From Bacteroidota bacterium (lineage in GTDB: Bacteria; Bacteroidota; Bacteroidia; 2-12-FULL-35-15): a stretch of DNA of 64,000 nucleotides. Each line of letters opens with the position of its first letter. The first letter of the stretch is position 1. The translations under genes and the position numbers were made by a program. Where the stretch lies: the NCBI GenBank assembly GCA_025963715.1, contig JAOQAG010000024.1:1155-65154 (forward strand). The letters are read 5' to 3'. This document shows, one piece after another, positions 55,032 to 64,000 of this stretch. The notes under the pieces are model-generated. The model had not been told where the DNA came from. It made no database searches and worked only from the letters and a program-made list of their open reading frames with translations.

Positions 55032-57179
55032 CTACTTCAACAATTGATAAACAAGCAAACTCGCGAGATACGCCATGGCACCCATATAGAAAAACTGGAG
55101 GAGCGGCCATTTAATGTTTTTTGTTTCGCGGTACACAATCGCAAGCGTACTCATGCACTGCATGGCAAATGCATAAAACAGCAGCAATGAAAACCCAACG
55201 GCGATCGAAAATTTTGGCAAGCCTGTTTTCGGATTTATTTCTGCACGCATTTTATCGCGGATGGATAAGGTGTTGCCCGCATCTCCGGCGCTGTAAATGG
55301 TTGCCATGGTGCCTACAAATACTTCACGCGCTGCAAAAGATGTGATCAGTGAAATCCCTATTTTCCAATCGAAACCCAAAGGCGCAATCGCCGGTTCAAT
55401 AGCCCTTCCCAGCATTCCGGCATACGATGCTTCCAGTTTTTCGGAAGAAGCCATTGCCTTTAACTGTGCCGGTACCATGTACCCTGCCAGCTTCGGATCG
55501 TTGTATTTTTTTTCAATGTCCGCAAATTTATTTCCCGGTGCATGCGATGTTAAAAACCATAAAATAATGGATACCGCCACAATGATCTTTCCGGCATCCA
55601 CCAAAAACATTTTCACTTTATCAACGATCGTTAAACCCACCGTTCGCCATTGTGGCGTGCGATACACCGGCAGCTCCATAATAAAATAACTTTTTTCGCG
55701 TGCTTTCAAGATCCATTTCATTACCAGCGCAGCGCCGATTGCCGCCATGAATCCGATCAGGTAAAGTGCCATCAGGATCAGACCCTGGTAATTAAAAAAG
55801 CCATTGTTCTTATCGTGCGGCACTACCAGCGAGATCAACAGCGTGTACACCGGCAAGCGGGCCGAGCAGCTCATCAGCGGCGTTACCATGATGGTGATCA
55901 TCCGTTCTTTCCAGTTGCTGATCGTGCGGGCGCTCATGATCGCAGGCACTGCACAGGCAACACCGCTGATAAGCGGGATCACCGAGCGTCCGTTAAGTCC
56001 AAACTTGCGCATCATCTTATCCATAATAAAGCTCACGCGCGCCATGTAGCCGGTATCCTCCAGTATGGCAATGAACGTGAACAGCAAAGCGATCTGCGGC
56101 ACAAACACCACCACGCCGCTTAATCCGGCTAAGATCCCGTTCACCAATAAATTGGTAAGCTCGCCCTGCGGCAATGCGTGTGTGGCCCAATCGGAAAGCG
56201 TTACAAACAACGCCTCGATCCAGTCCATGGGATACGCCGCAAGAAAAAAGATGGTTTGGAATATAAAAAAGAGAATGGTTAAAAAAATGACGTAGCCCCA
56301 GACGCGGTGCGTTAAGATCCCATCCAGCTTTTGCGTTACAGATTTTACACGCAGCCCCGGCTTACGGGTAATACATTCTTCCACGATCCGGTTAATCACT
56401 TTGTACCGCTCTACGCTTTCCAGTGCCTGCAGCTTGTTTTTATCGATCACCAGTGTGTTGAGCGCATCCGCGATCTTATTTGCTTCTGTATTTTTTTGTC
56501 CAACCAGCAGGCTTTCATCCAGGTTATTCGCCAGCTGAAAAGCCGCAAAATCGCTTTTCACTTTTTGTACTGATTTGATGCGCTCGATAATCTCCGGCGC
56601 TATTTTTTTAATGTCGATAAAATCATAGGAGGGTACCGGCAATGGTTGTAACAATGCCCTTTTCAGCTCCTCGATACCGTTCTTGTTCCGCGCGCTCAAC
56701 CCTACCACTTTTACACCCAGGCGTTCTGATAAACGCACCAGGTCAATCGCATCGCCTTCCTTTTCCACCATGTCCATCATGTTGAGGGCAAGGATCACAG
56801 GGATTTTTAAATCAATGATCTGCGATACTAAAAATAAATTGCGTTTGAGATTGCTTGCATCGGCAACAATAATGGTCACATCGGGATGTTCTGCATTATT
56901 TTCGTTACACAGCACATCAAATGCAACGCGCTCGTCCAGCGATTTGGGGTACAAGCTATATGTTCCGGGAAGATCAATAAAATCAGCAGTTACCTGGTCG
57001 GTCAGCCGGGCGGTGCCAATTTTTTTATCGACGGTAACACCGGGAAAATTTCCTGTTTTTTGGTTTAAGCCGGTAAGGGCATTAAACAATGTGGATTTGC
57101 CACTGTTCGGATTTCCGACAAGTGCAATTTTAAGTGTATTTTTTTCCGTGAAATTTACGAAGGATTGATTGGGTTCCAC
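55032..57179 (-). CDS. feoB: ferrous iron transporter FeoB
   Basis: G-domain IALVGNPNSGKSTLFNALTG. Polytopic C-terminal permease. Confidence 0.95.
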   Translation of the reverse strand: MEPNQSFVNFTEKNTLKIALVGNPNSGKSTLFNALTGLNQKTGNFPGVTVDKKIGTARLTDQVTADFIDLPGTYSLYPKSLDERVAFDVLCNENNAEHPDVTIIVADASNLKRNLFLVSQIIDLKIPVILALNMMDMVEKEGDAIDLVRLSERLGVKVVGLSARNKNGIEELKRALLQPLPVPSYDFIDIKKIAPEIIERIKSVQKVKSDFAAFQLANNLDESLLVGQKNTEANKIADALNTLVIDKNKLQALESVERYKVINRIVEECITRKPGLRVKSVTQKLDGILTHRVWGYVIFLTILFFIFQTIFFLAAYPMDWIEALFVTLSDWATHALPQGELTNLLVNGILAGLSGVVVFVPQIALLFTFIAILEDTGYMARVSFIMDKMMRKFGLNGRSVIPLISGVACAVPAIMSARTISNWKERMITIMVTPLMSCSARLPVYTLLISLVVPHDKNNGFFNYQGLILMALYLIGFMAAIGAALVMKWILKAREKSYFIMELPVYRTPQWRTVGLTIVDKVKMFLVDAGKIIVAVSIILWFLTSHAPGNKFADIEKKYNDPKLAGYMVPAQLKAMASSEKLEASYAGMLGRAIEPAIAPLGFDWKIGISLITSFAAREVFVGTMATIYSAGDAGNTLSIRDKMRAEINPKTGLPKFSIAVGFSLLLFYAFAMQCMSTLAIVYRETKNIKWPLLQFFYMGAMAYLASLLVYQLLK

Positions 57180-57200
57180 TTCACAAATATAAAATTATTT

Positions 57201-57428
57201 TTACTTTATACTTGTTACCATGATTGTGGATGCTTCTTCTTTGCGAAGGCTCAGCAGGTAACCGGCTACGGAAATTGCGATCGGATCGCCAAGCGGCGCA
57301 ATACGGTCGAGCTTAACGATCTCTCCCGGCGTACAGCCCATTTCCAGTAATTTCAAAGCCATTTTTTTATCGGTAAAGGAATCTATAATGGCGCTCTGCC
57401 CGACTTTCAACTGAGATAAATTTTTCAC
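57201..57428 (-). CDS. feoA: FeoA
   Basis: 75 aa, SH3-like FeoA pattern (LSQLKVGQSAIIDSF...GCTPGEIV). It ends 21 bp upstream of feoB. Confidence 0.8.
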   Translation of the reverse strand: MKNLSQLKVGQSAIIDSFTDKKMALKLLEMGCTPGEIVKLDRIAPLGDPIAISVAGYLLSLRKEEASTIMVTSIK

Positions 57429-57526
57429 CGCGTATTCTTTTATTGTATATACGAAAGTACGGCTTTTTTAGAGGCTTGAAAAATAAAACCAATACCTAAA
57501 AGAAGGTATATTTTCATTGTGTATTT

Positions 57527-57980
57527 TACCACTAAGGCACTAAGAACACTGAGCCCCCGCCCATTAACCACAAAAGAAAACAAAAGAAACAAAAGACGAA
57601 GCTAATATTTTACCACTAAGGCACTGAGGGCACTAAGGTTATTTCCCCCAGCCCCCGTCAACCACATAAGGCACAAAGAAACACATAAGGCGGGGCTTGT
57701 TAACCTGTGGTGTAGTGTATGATGTGTTTTAATAAATAATTAAATCGTCATCCGTACACAGCAAACTTTGAACTTTTTAACTTTAAACTTTGAACTTCTT
57801 TTGCCTTCGTGGCTTCGTGGTAAAAAAACCGCTCCGCAGGAACACACAGCATCCTTTTTATTTTGAATTTCCTCCCTTTTTCTTTCCCTTTCTTAGTGCC
57901 TTAGTGGTAAAAAATGATCGCGCAAGCGATCCACACAGCAAACTTTGAACTTTCCAACTTTAAACTTTGAACTTTTTATT
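57527..57980. repeat. dense repeat field in the feoA / mlaE divergent region: family D word-variants (accactaaggcactaag, accacataaggcacaaag) and family E (aactttgaactttaaactttgaac) x2
   Basis: Read directly. Confidence 0.75.
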
Positions 57981-58024
57981 CGGTATTTATTCTTATTTTT
58001 ATGAAAATTATTTGAAGCGCATAC

Positions 58025-58765
58025 ATGAGGATTTTCTTCCATTTTGGCAGGTATTTTATATTGATGAAGCGGGCTTTCGGGAAACCGGAAAAATTTTCTA
58101 TTTTCATCAATCGCTGTTTTGAAGAAATGAACCTGCTGGGCGTTGGCTCACTGGGGATCGTGGCCATCATTTCGGTTTTTATGGGCGCCGTTATTACCAT
58201 TCAATCAGCTTTTAATTTTGAGAGCCCCCTCATTCCTTTATACGCTGTTGGTGTAGCCGTTCGCGATTCGATGATCCTCGAATTTTCACCCGCCATTGTG
58301 AGCCTTATCCTGGCAGGAAAAGTAGGTTCGAGCATTGCTTCCGAAATAGGCACCATGCGCGTTTCCGAGCAAATCGATGCGCTGGAGATCATGGGGATCA
58401 ATTCTGCCGGTTACCTGGTGCTTCCAAAGATCGTTGCTTCCGTTTTGTTTTTTCCGATACTGGTTATTTTTTCCATGTTTTTAGGGATCCTCGGCGGTTA
58501 TGTATTCGGGCTGATGGCAGGTGTGGTGAGCAATTATGAGTACATCTACGGAATCACCTATGAGTTCCGTCCGTATAACGTTATTTATGCACTCATCAAA
58601 TCGGGTGTATTCGCATTTATCATTGCATCGGTACCGGCTTACCATGGATATTATACCAGCGGCGGCGCATTGGAAGTGGGCCGCTCCAGCACCAAAGGTG
58701 TGGTGTACAGCAGTGTCCTGATCCTTGCATTCGATTTAATTTTAACTCAATTACTCTTAGTTTGA
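58025..58765 (+). CDS. mlaE: MlaE-family ABC transporter permease
   Basis: Conserved MlaE core (SEQIDALEIMGI...). Confidence 0.85.
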   Translation: MRIFFHFGRYFILMKRAFGKPEKFSIFINRCFEEMNLLGVGSLGIVAIISVFMGAVITIQSAFNFESPLIPLYAVGVAVRDSMILEFSPAIVSLILAGKVGSSIASEIGTMRVSEQIDALEIMGINSAGYLVLPKIVASVLFFPILVIFSMFLGILGGYVFGLMAGVVSNYEYIYGITYEFRPYNVIYALIKSGVFAFIIASVPAYHGYYTSGGALEVGRSSTKGVVYSSVLILAFDLILTQLLLV

Positions 58766-59514
58766 TCCAGATCAATAACATATCAAAATCGTTTTCGGGC
58801 CGCAATGTGATCGATGATATTTCGTTCACATTCGAAACCGGAAAAACCAATATGATCATCGGCGAAAGCGGATCCGGAAAAACTACACTGCTGAAATGCA
58901 TGGTGGGATTGAATGATATTGATAGCGGACAGATCCTGTACGATGGCAGAAGCTTTACGGAATTGAATTTTAATGAAAAAAAAGATGTCCGGAAGGAGAT
59001 CGGAATGCTGTTCCAGGGCGGCGCTTTGTTCGACTCTAAAACGGTAGAAGAAAATGTGGTGTTCCCGATCTCGATGTTTACAGACATGAGTGAAAGTGAG
59101 CGGCGCGATCGTGCTAATTTTTGTTTGCAGCGCGTGAATCTTCACAATGCCAATAATTTATATCCGTCGGAGATCAGCGGCGGGATGAAAAAACGCGTAG
59201 CGATTGCACGTGCCATTGCGGTACAACCTAAATATTTATTTTGTGATGAGCCTAACTCCGGGCTGGATCCAAAAACATCCATCGTGATCGATAACCTGAT
59301 CAAAGAGATCACGGATGAATACCACATTACTACGGTGGTGATCACACATGATATGAACTCGGTAATAGAGATCGGCGATCACATCATGTTCATCTACAAA
59401 GGCAACAAACACTGGGAAGGTAGTAAACAGGAGATCCTGAAAACGGATGATCCGGAAGTGTGCGATTTTGTATATGCTACTAAATTCATGCGGGATCTGA
59501 AATCTAAATTCTAA
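58762..59514 (+). CDS. mlaF: MlaF-family ABC transporter ATP-binding protein
   Basis: Walker A GESGSGKTT, ABC signature LSGGMKKRVAIARA. Its start overlaps the mlaE stop. Confidence 0.9.
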   Translation: MIQINNISKSFSGRNVIDDISFTFETGKTNMIIGESGSGKTTLLKCMVGLNDIDSGQILYDGRSFTELNFNEKKDVRKEIGMLFQGGALFDSKTVEENVVFPISMFTDMSESERRDRANFCLQRVNLHNANNLYPSEISGGMKKRVAIARAIAVQPKYLFCDEPNSGLDPKTSIVIDNLIKEITDEYHITTVVITHDMNSVIEIGDHIMFIYKGNKHWEGSKQEILKTDDPEVCDFVYATKFMRDLKSKF

Positions 59515-59622
59515 AGTACAGATAACGCCCGCCTGAACGATTCGGGCAGGAACAGGAACGAAACTACTAAATACCAATCTGTACTAATATACCAATCTGT
59601 GTGGTTGCTTCCGGCAAGCTGT

Positions 59623-59995
59623 GTAATAGAAACGCAGATTTTATAGGATCGGTTAGGATTAAAAAGATAGCTGTGTCTATCAGCAGGCGCGAGTGTCCCA
59701 CTCGTGCTTTTTTATTTTATGGCATCCTGCCATTGTACAAAAGCTTTAAGTTTGTGTAAATTGGAACCCAGATTTTATAGGATCGGTTAGGATTAAAAAA
59801 GATAGCTGTGTCTATCAGCAGGCGCGAGTGTCCCACTCGTGCTTTTTTATTTTATGGCGTCCCGCCATTGTACAAAAGCTTTAAGTTTGTGTGAATTGGA
59901 ACGCAGATTTTATATGATCGGTTAGGATTAAAAAAGATAGCTGTGTGTGCTATTATCAGCTAAGATTAAAAAGATGGCTGTATTTTCTACTTAAT
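59623..59995 (+). repeat. tandem array of ~135-bp units (2 full plus 1 degenerate). Each unit has a TAAGTTTG -7-like box and a terminator hairpin (gcaggcgcgagtg-tccc-actcgtgc + ttttttatttt). Candidate tandem sRNA genes.
   Basis: Units at about 59623-59762, 59763-59897 and 59898-59995. A lone copy of the hairpin core lies at 4195-4225. Confidence 0.6.
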
Positions 59996-60074
59996 GCGAA
60001 TTTACAAATCTATGTGTTGTAGTATGTATTTAGACCCAGCATACTAATTACTAAAGACCAACGACTAATTACTA

Positions 60075-60115
60075 TAAAAAAACGTCCCGAAGATTTTCTT
60101 CGGGACGTTTTTTTA
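60075..60115. terminator. bidirectional rho-independent terminator (aaaaaacgtcccgaag...cttcgggacgttttttt)
   Basis: Perfect hairpin flanked by A-run and T-run. Confidence 0.85.
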
Positions 60116-60137
60116 TGTAATTCTATTGTACTAAAGA

Positions 60138-61223
60138 CTATTTAGAAACAACGAATTTTTTAGTGAACATGTGTCCGTTTGCAGTTAATTGGTAAAAGTA
60201 GTTACCGGAAGCTAAGTTAGAAGCATCGATATCCACTTTGTAAGTACCTGCATCCTGGTGACCGTATGTGTTGTTAGCAATTTTACGTCCAACCTGATCA
60301 TAAACAACTAAAGTTACGTTGTTAGAACCTTTTTCCAAAGTATACTCAACAGTAGCTTTGTCAACAGTTGGGTTAGGGTAAGTTGTTAATTTCATACCGT
60401 TGTAGAATTCAGTAACACCAGTAGCGTCGCTGATTACAGCCCAGATAGCGATATCGTTATCTAATCCGCCTGTTCCGAAAGTTGGAGAAGCAGGATCGCT
60501 GAACAATGCATCAGTTACATACCATTTAGTTCCGTATTTGTGGAAAGCTAAATCGATGTTAGCAGCATCATTTTGGTTATCACTAACGATACCTACAGTA
60601 TCACCGGCAGCTAATGAAGTTGCATCAACTCCGATAGCGAAATCGCCTGTGAAAGTAGCAACAACTGACAAAGGAACGTAGTTCCATTCTCCTGGCATTG
60701 TATCAATGTTAGAGAACAATAAGTCAGCAGTAGAAACTGCAACACCGCTAGGTCCTTCAGCGTTTAATACTGTAGAGTTGAAAGTACCGCTGTTATCAGT
60801 ATTGTAAGCTTTGTTAGCAGCTAAGTTGTAAGTGTTGATTTTCAATTTTGATGTTGCAGAGCTTCCTGCATCGCTTTCCATAGCAGCGAACCAGATCAAA
60901 GCACCAACAATGTGAACAGGAGTTGCATTTAAGTTAGCATAACCCTGAGCACAAACGTTTAATCCGTCAACGTTATTTCCGTAGATGTAACCACCGCCAG
61001 TATAACCGTAGATAGATGCTGCTCCACCTCCAGGTAAAAATTCAGGTAAAAAGTCGATAACGTTAACAATACCTGTTGTATCGTTACCGGCACGTTCAAC
61101 AGAAGAAGCATGTACAAATGGTTTTGTTCCATTAACGTGTGCTTTTCCGGCTTTAGAGCCAGTTTGTGCAAAAGTTGCTACAGATAACAAGGTAGCACCT
61201 GCGATTAAGTAGATTTTTTTCAT
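60138..61223 (-). CDS. secreted protein with T9SS type-A C-terminal sorting domain, unknown function
   Basis: Signal peptide. C-terminal LTTYPNPTVDKATVEY...GNYFYQL. Confidence 0.7.
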   Translation of the reverse strand: MKKIYLIAGATLLSVATFAQTGSKAGKAHVNGTKPFVHASSVERAGNDTTGIVNVIDFLPEFLPGGGAASIYGYTGGGYIYGNNVDGLNVCAQGYANLNATPVHIVGALIWFAAMESDAGSSATSKLKINTYNLAANKAYNTDNSGTFNSTVLNAEGPSGVAVSTADLLFSNIDTMPGEWNYVPLSVVATFTGDFAIGVDATSLAAGDTVGIVSDNQNDAANIDLAFHKYGTKWYVTDALFSDPASPTFGTGGLDNDIAIWAVISDATGVTEFYNGMKLTTYPNPTVDKATVEYTLEKGSNNVTLVVYDQVGRKIANNTYGHQDAGTYKVDIDASNLASGNYFYQLTANGHMFTKKFVVSK

Positions 61224-61323
61224 TGGATTTGTTTTTAAAAAAATTATTTAGGTTAAATTGTAAGCACTAAATTACTACTATTTTGTAAATAAACAAGTGC
61301 TCATCCGTGTTAAAAAATAAGAA

Positions 61324-61354
61324 ATCCCAAAAATTTATGATTTTTTGGGATTTC
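61324..61354 (-). terminator. terminator hairpin (atcccaaaaa...tttttgggat)
   Basis: Read directly. Confidence 0.7.
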
Positions 61355-61381
61355 CTATGTGAATTAAAAAGGTAGTTATTG

Positions 61382-62464
61382 TTATTTAACGATTACCATT
61401 TTCATAGCAGTAGTTGCATTTGCACCAACTGTTAATGAATAATAATAAACACCTGCAGCAAGATTTTCACCATTGAATTTCAATGAATGCTGTCCTGCGC
61501 TTTGTGTTCCTTCATTTTGTTCAGCTACTTTGTTTCCGGTTACATCGTAAACAGTAATGGAAATTGCTGCTGTTTTGTTCAGTTCGTAGTTAATAACAGA
61601 TGTAGAGCTGAATGGGTTTGGCATGTTCTGAGCAACTTTTACTCCGTTTACAAATTCGTTAATGCCTGTTGAAACACCTTCTGTTAAAAGGATCTCATCC
61701 AATCTTATTACGTCCATATCGTTTGCAGTGTGATGGAAAGCGATTGCTACCTGTATTCCATTAAAAGACGCAGGGATAGCCATGGAATGCAATACCCATG
61801 TAGTATCTGTTGCATAGGTTGGCGACGGATATGCTGCATCTGCCAATGAATAAATGCTTGTTGCCGCATCAAAATCGGTAAAGTTCATTGGTGTAGAGAA
61901 GACGTCAGAAACCAATACGGAATAACCATCACGGTAACGGTTAAAACGATCGTACCATGATAATGTAGCACCGGCAGCAGGGATTGTTACAGGCCCGATT
62001 TCCAGCCAGTTGTCAGCTTGTCCTGCAGGATCAAACCAAGATGTTCCTGACCAGAAGAATGCTGTATCAGTACCCAATGGAGCTGGTGTTTCCCATGGAT
62101 GGTAATAGTTAGCACCGTGAGGAACAGTACAAGTAGCACATGATTGTCCATAAATGCTTGAATCTGTTGAATAATAAACGCCGAATGATGTTGCATAACC
62201 GGCATTGTGAGTTGTTAAACCATCGATATCTTCCGTTACAACGTCAAATGTAGGAGCATCGGCAGAATTGATGATAGTGCTTGGCAATGGTTGGTACATT
62301 AAAGTATCACCCGCCATACGCGTAGTGTTTGCAGGCATTGCTACAATGTGTGTTCTTGTGGTTGATTTGTGGTCGGTACCGGTTTGTGACGTACCTTTTA
62401 CCTGCTGAGCATTTGCTGAACAAACAATTGCCGTAGCTGCAATTAATGTGTAGATTTTTTTCAT
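61382..62464 (-). CDS. secreted protein with T9SS type-A C-terminal sorting domain, unknown function
   Basis: Signal peptide. C-terminal QNMPNPFSSTSVINY...GVYYYSL. Confidence 0.7.
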   Translation of the reverse strand: MKKIYTLIAATAIVCSANAQQVKGTSQTGTDHKSTTRTHIVAMPANTTRMAGDTLMYQPLPSTIINSADAPTFDVVTEDIDGLTTHNAGYATSFGVYYSTDSSIYGQSCATCTVPHGANYYHPWETPAPLGTDTAFFWSGTSWFDPAGQADNWLEIGPVTIPAAGATLSWYDRFNRYRDGYSVLVSDVFSTPMNFTDFDAATSIYSLADAAYPSPTYATDTTWVLHSMAIPASFNGIQVAIAFHHTANDMDVIRLDEILLTEGVSTGINEFVNGVKVAQNMPNPFSSTSVINYELNKTAAISITVYDVTGNKVAEQNEGTQSAGQHSLKFNGENLAAGVYYYSLTVGANATTAMKMVIVK

Positions 62465-62547
62465 GAGCTAAGATTTTAAGTTTATTTATAAAGCACTAAA
62501 TTACGGTTTTTCCTTCTAATTTGCAATTTATAGTGGCAGAAGAGCAT

Positions 62548-62582
62548 AAAAAAATCCCAAAATTTCTTTTGGGATTTTTTGT
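62548..62582. terminator. bidirectional terminator (aaaaaaatcccaaaa...ttttgggatttttt)
   Basis: Read directly. Confidence 0.8.
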
Positions 62583-62645
62583 AATCGGCTAAGTATACAT
62601 TTTTACAGCTATTTGCGAGCCAAAAAATCTGTTCCTGACAAATCT

Positions 62646-64000
62646 CTATGCCAATTCTGCTTCTTCCATATAACTTTCGATCGGAGGACAGGCGCAGATC
62701 AGGTTCCTGTCGCCAAATGCATTGTCCACGCGGGCCACACTCGGCCAGAATTTAGCATCTTTTACCCATTTCAGCGGATAAACTGCTTTTTCGCGGGAAT
62801 ACCCATGTTTCCAATCGCTGCTGATCACTGATTTTGCCGTATGCGGGGCATTCTTCATCACATTGTCGTCTTTGTCCGCTTTTCCTTCCGCGATCTCATC
62901 AATTTCTTTTTTAATAGCGATCATAGCCGCACAAAAACGATCCAGCTCTTCTTTGCTTTCACTTTCGGTTGGTTCCACCATTAATGTATCGTGTACCGGG
63001 AAAGAAACGGTTGGCGCATGGAATCCGTAATCCATCAATCGTTTTGCGATATCGCCCACCTCTACTCCTGCATCGCGTTTAAAGGCCACACAATCCAGGA
63101 TCATTTCGTGCGCACAGCGTCCGTTTTTACCGCTGTACAATGTCGGGTAATAACCTGCCAGCGATTCTTTAATATAGTTGGCATTTAAAATGGCCATACG
63201 GGTAGCTTCGGTAACGCCATCGCCACCGAGCATTTTAATGTATCCGTAGGAGATCAGCAAGATCAGGGAACTGCCGAACGGCGCCGCTGATACTGCAGAA
63301 ATACCCTGGTCGCCACCGGTTTTTACCAATGTATGCGATGGCAGGAAGGGCACTAATTGTTTTGCAACACCGATTGGCCCCATGCCGGGACCGCCGCCGC
63401 CGTGAGGGATTGCGAATGTTTTGTGCAAATTTAAGTGGCACACATCCGCGCCAATGTTGCCCGGACTGGTTAATCCAACCTGTGCATTCATGTTTGCACC
63501 GTCCATATATACCTGTCCGCCATTTTCATGAATGATGTCCGTGATCTCGATGATGCTTTCTTCGTATACACCGTGTGTACTTGGGTACGTCACCATCAGG
63601 CAGGATAAATTATCTTTGTGCAATACGGCTTTTTCGCGCATGTCGTTCACGTCAATGTTTCCTTTTTCATCGCATTTTACCAGTACGATCTTCATTCCGC
63701 ACATGGCAGCGCTGGCAGGGTTGGTACCGTGCGCTGATGTTGGGATAAGCGCAATGTTGCGGTGTGCATCGCCGCGCGACTGGTGATAAGCCTGGATCAC
63801 TAATAATCCGGCATATTCGCCCTGTGCGCCGCTGTTTGGCTGAAAGCTCATTTTTGCAAAACCGGTGATCTCGCTCAGGGAACGGTCCAGCTCGTCGATC
63901 ATTTCGATGTAGCCTTCCGCTTGCTCTACCGGAACAAATGGGTGAATGTTTGCAAATTCCGGCCAGGTGATCGGCATCAGCTCCGAAGCTGCATTTAGCT
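62646..64000 (-). CDS. gcvP: glycine dehydrogenase (decarboxylating) P-protein, C-terminal portion. The 5' part lies beyond the window.
   Basis: C-terminal GcvP region ([11 protein letters not shown]..., [24 protein letters not shown]). The frame is open to nt 64000. Confidence 0.9.
   Translation of the reverse strand, partial: LNAASELMPITWPEFANIHPFVPVEQAEGYIEMIDELDRSLSEITGFAKMSFQPNSGAQGEYAGLLVIQAYHQSRGDAHRNIALIPTSAHGTNPASAAMCGMKIVLVKCDEKGNIDVNDMREKAVLHKDNLSCLMVTYPSTHGVYEESIIEITDIIHENGGQVYMDGANMNAQVGLTSPGNIGADVCHLNLHKTFAIPHGGGGPGMGPIGVAKQLVPFLPSHTLVKTGGDQGISAVSAAPFGSSLILLISYGYIKMLGGDGVTEATRMAILNANYIKESLAGYYPTLYSGKNGRCAHEMILDCVAFKRDAGVEVGDIAKRLMDYGFHAPTVSFPVHDTLMVEPTESESKEELDRFCAAMIAIKKEIDEIAEGKADKDDNVMKNAPHTAKSVISSDWKHGYSREKAVYPLKWVKDAKFWPSVARVDNAFGDRNLICACPPIESYMEEAELA

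Noticed and set aside
57179-57201. feoA-feoB fusion or overlap
   Set aside because: The two ORFs are separated by a 21-bp gap in different frames. It is an ordinary adjacent gene pair.
59740-59760. Full sigma-A-type promoter for the 135-bp unit
   Set aside because: The -7 box TAAGTTTG is convincing, but the nearest upstream TTG is only ~11 bp away, too short for the usual -33/-7 spacing. Only a -7-like element is claimed.
1-64000. tRNA / rRNA genes
   Set aside because: Intergenic gaps were scanned by eye for T-loop (GTTCGAATC-like) and acceptor-stem patterns. None were found, and all sizeable gaps are occupied by REP/IR elements. Not exhaustive without tRNAscan.

Overview
This 64-kb window reads as a Bacteroidota chromosome segment, probably Chitinophagia/Sphingobacteriia-like. 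The basis is: several T9SS type-A and type-B C-terminal sorting domains, no Shine-Dalgarno sequences, TAnnTTTG-like -7 boxes, a FeoAB pair, and 2-oxoglutarate:ferredoxin oxidoreductase genes (korAB). GC is roughly 40-45%.

Coding density is high, about 48 CDS. Most are recognisable housekeeping genes: pheT, Tex, recG, fumC, korAB, prfB, feoAB, mlaEF and a partial gcvP. Two blocks look accessory or under-characterised:
1. 25.0-32.9 kb: a tightly packed membrane/ATPase cluster of RDD | SpoIIM-like - membrane protein - DUF4129 - DUF4350 - MoxR - DUF58 - RecX. Its function is unknown.
2. 36.4-48.2 kb: an island of T9SS cargo genes. It holds a GloVer-repeat protein, a tail-fibre-like protein with a peptidase-S74 intramolecular-chaperone domain, two tandemly duplicated type-B cargo paralogues whose upstream ~400 bp is nearly identical, a TPR protein, and a 954-aa repeat protein.

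prfB carries the classical +1 programmed frameshift (AGGGGG-CAT-CTT-TGA-C), which the ORF track misses.

The most unusual property is the density of short interspersed palindromic (REP/MITE-like) repeats. At least nine families fill essentially every intergenic gap over 100 bp, and some sit inside operons or coding 5' ends. Other oddities:
- a (CATCTAA)x10 heptanucleotide microsatellite directly upstream of fumC
- a 2.5x tandem array of ~135-bp units downstream of mlaEF, each with its own intrinsic-terminator hairpin (candidate sRNA array)
- a 44-bp x3 satellite

No tRNA, rRNA, CRISPR array, transposase or integrase was recognised.

All calls rest on reading the sequence and translations by eye. 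No database search was run.
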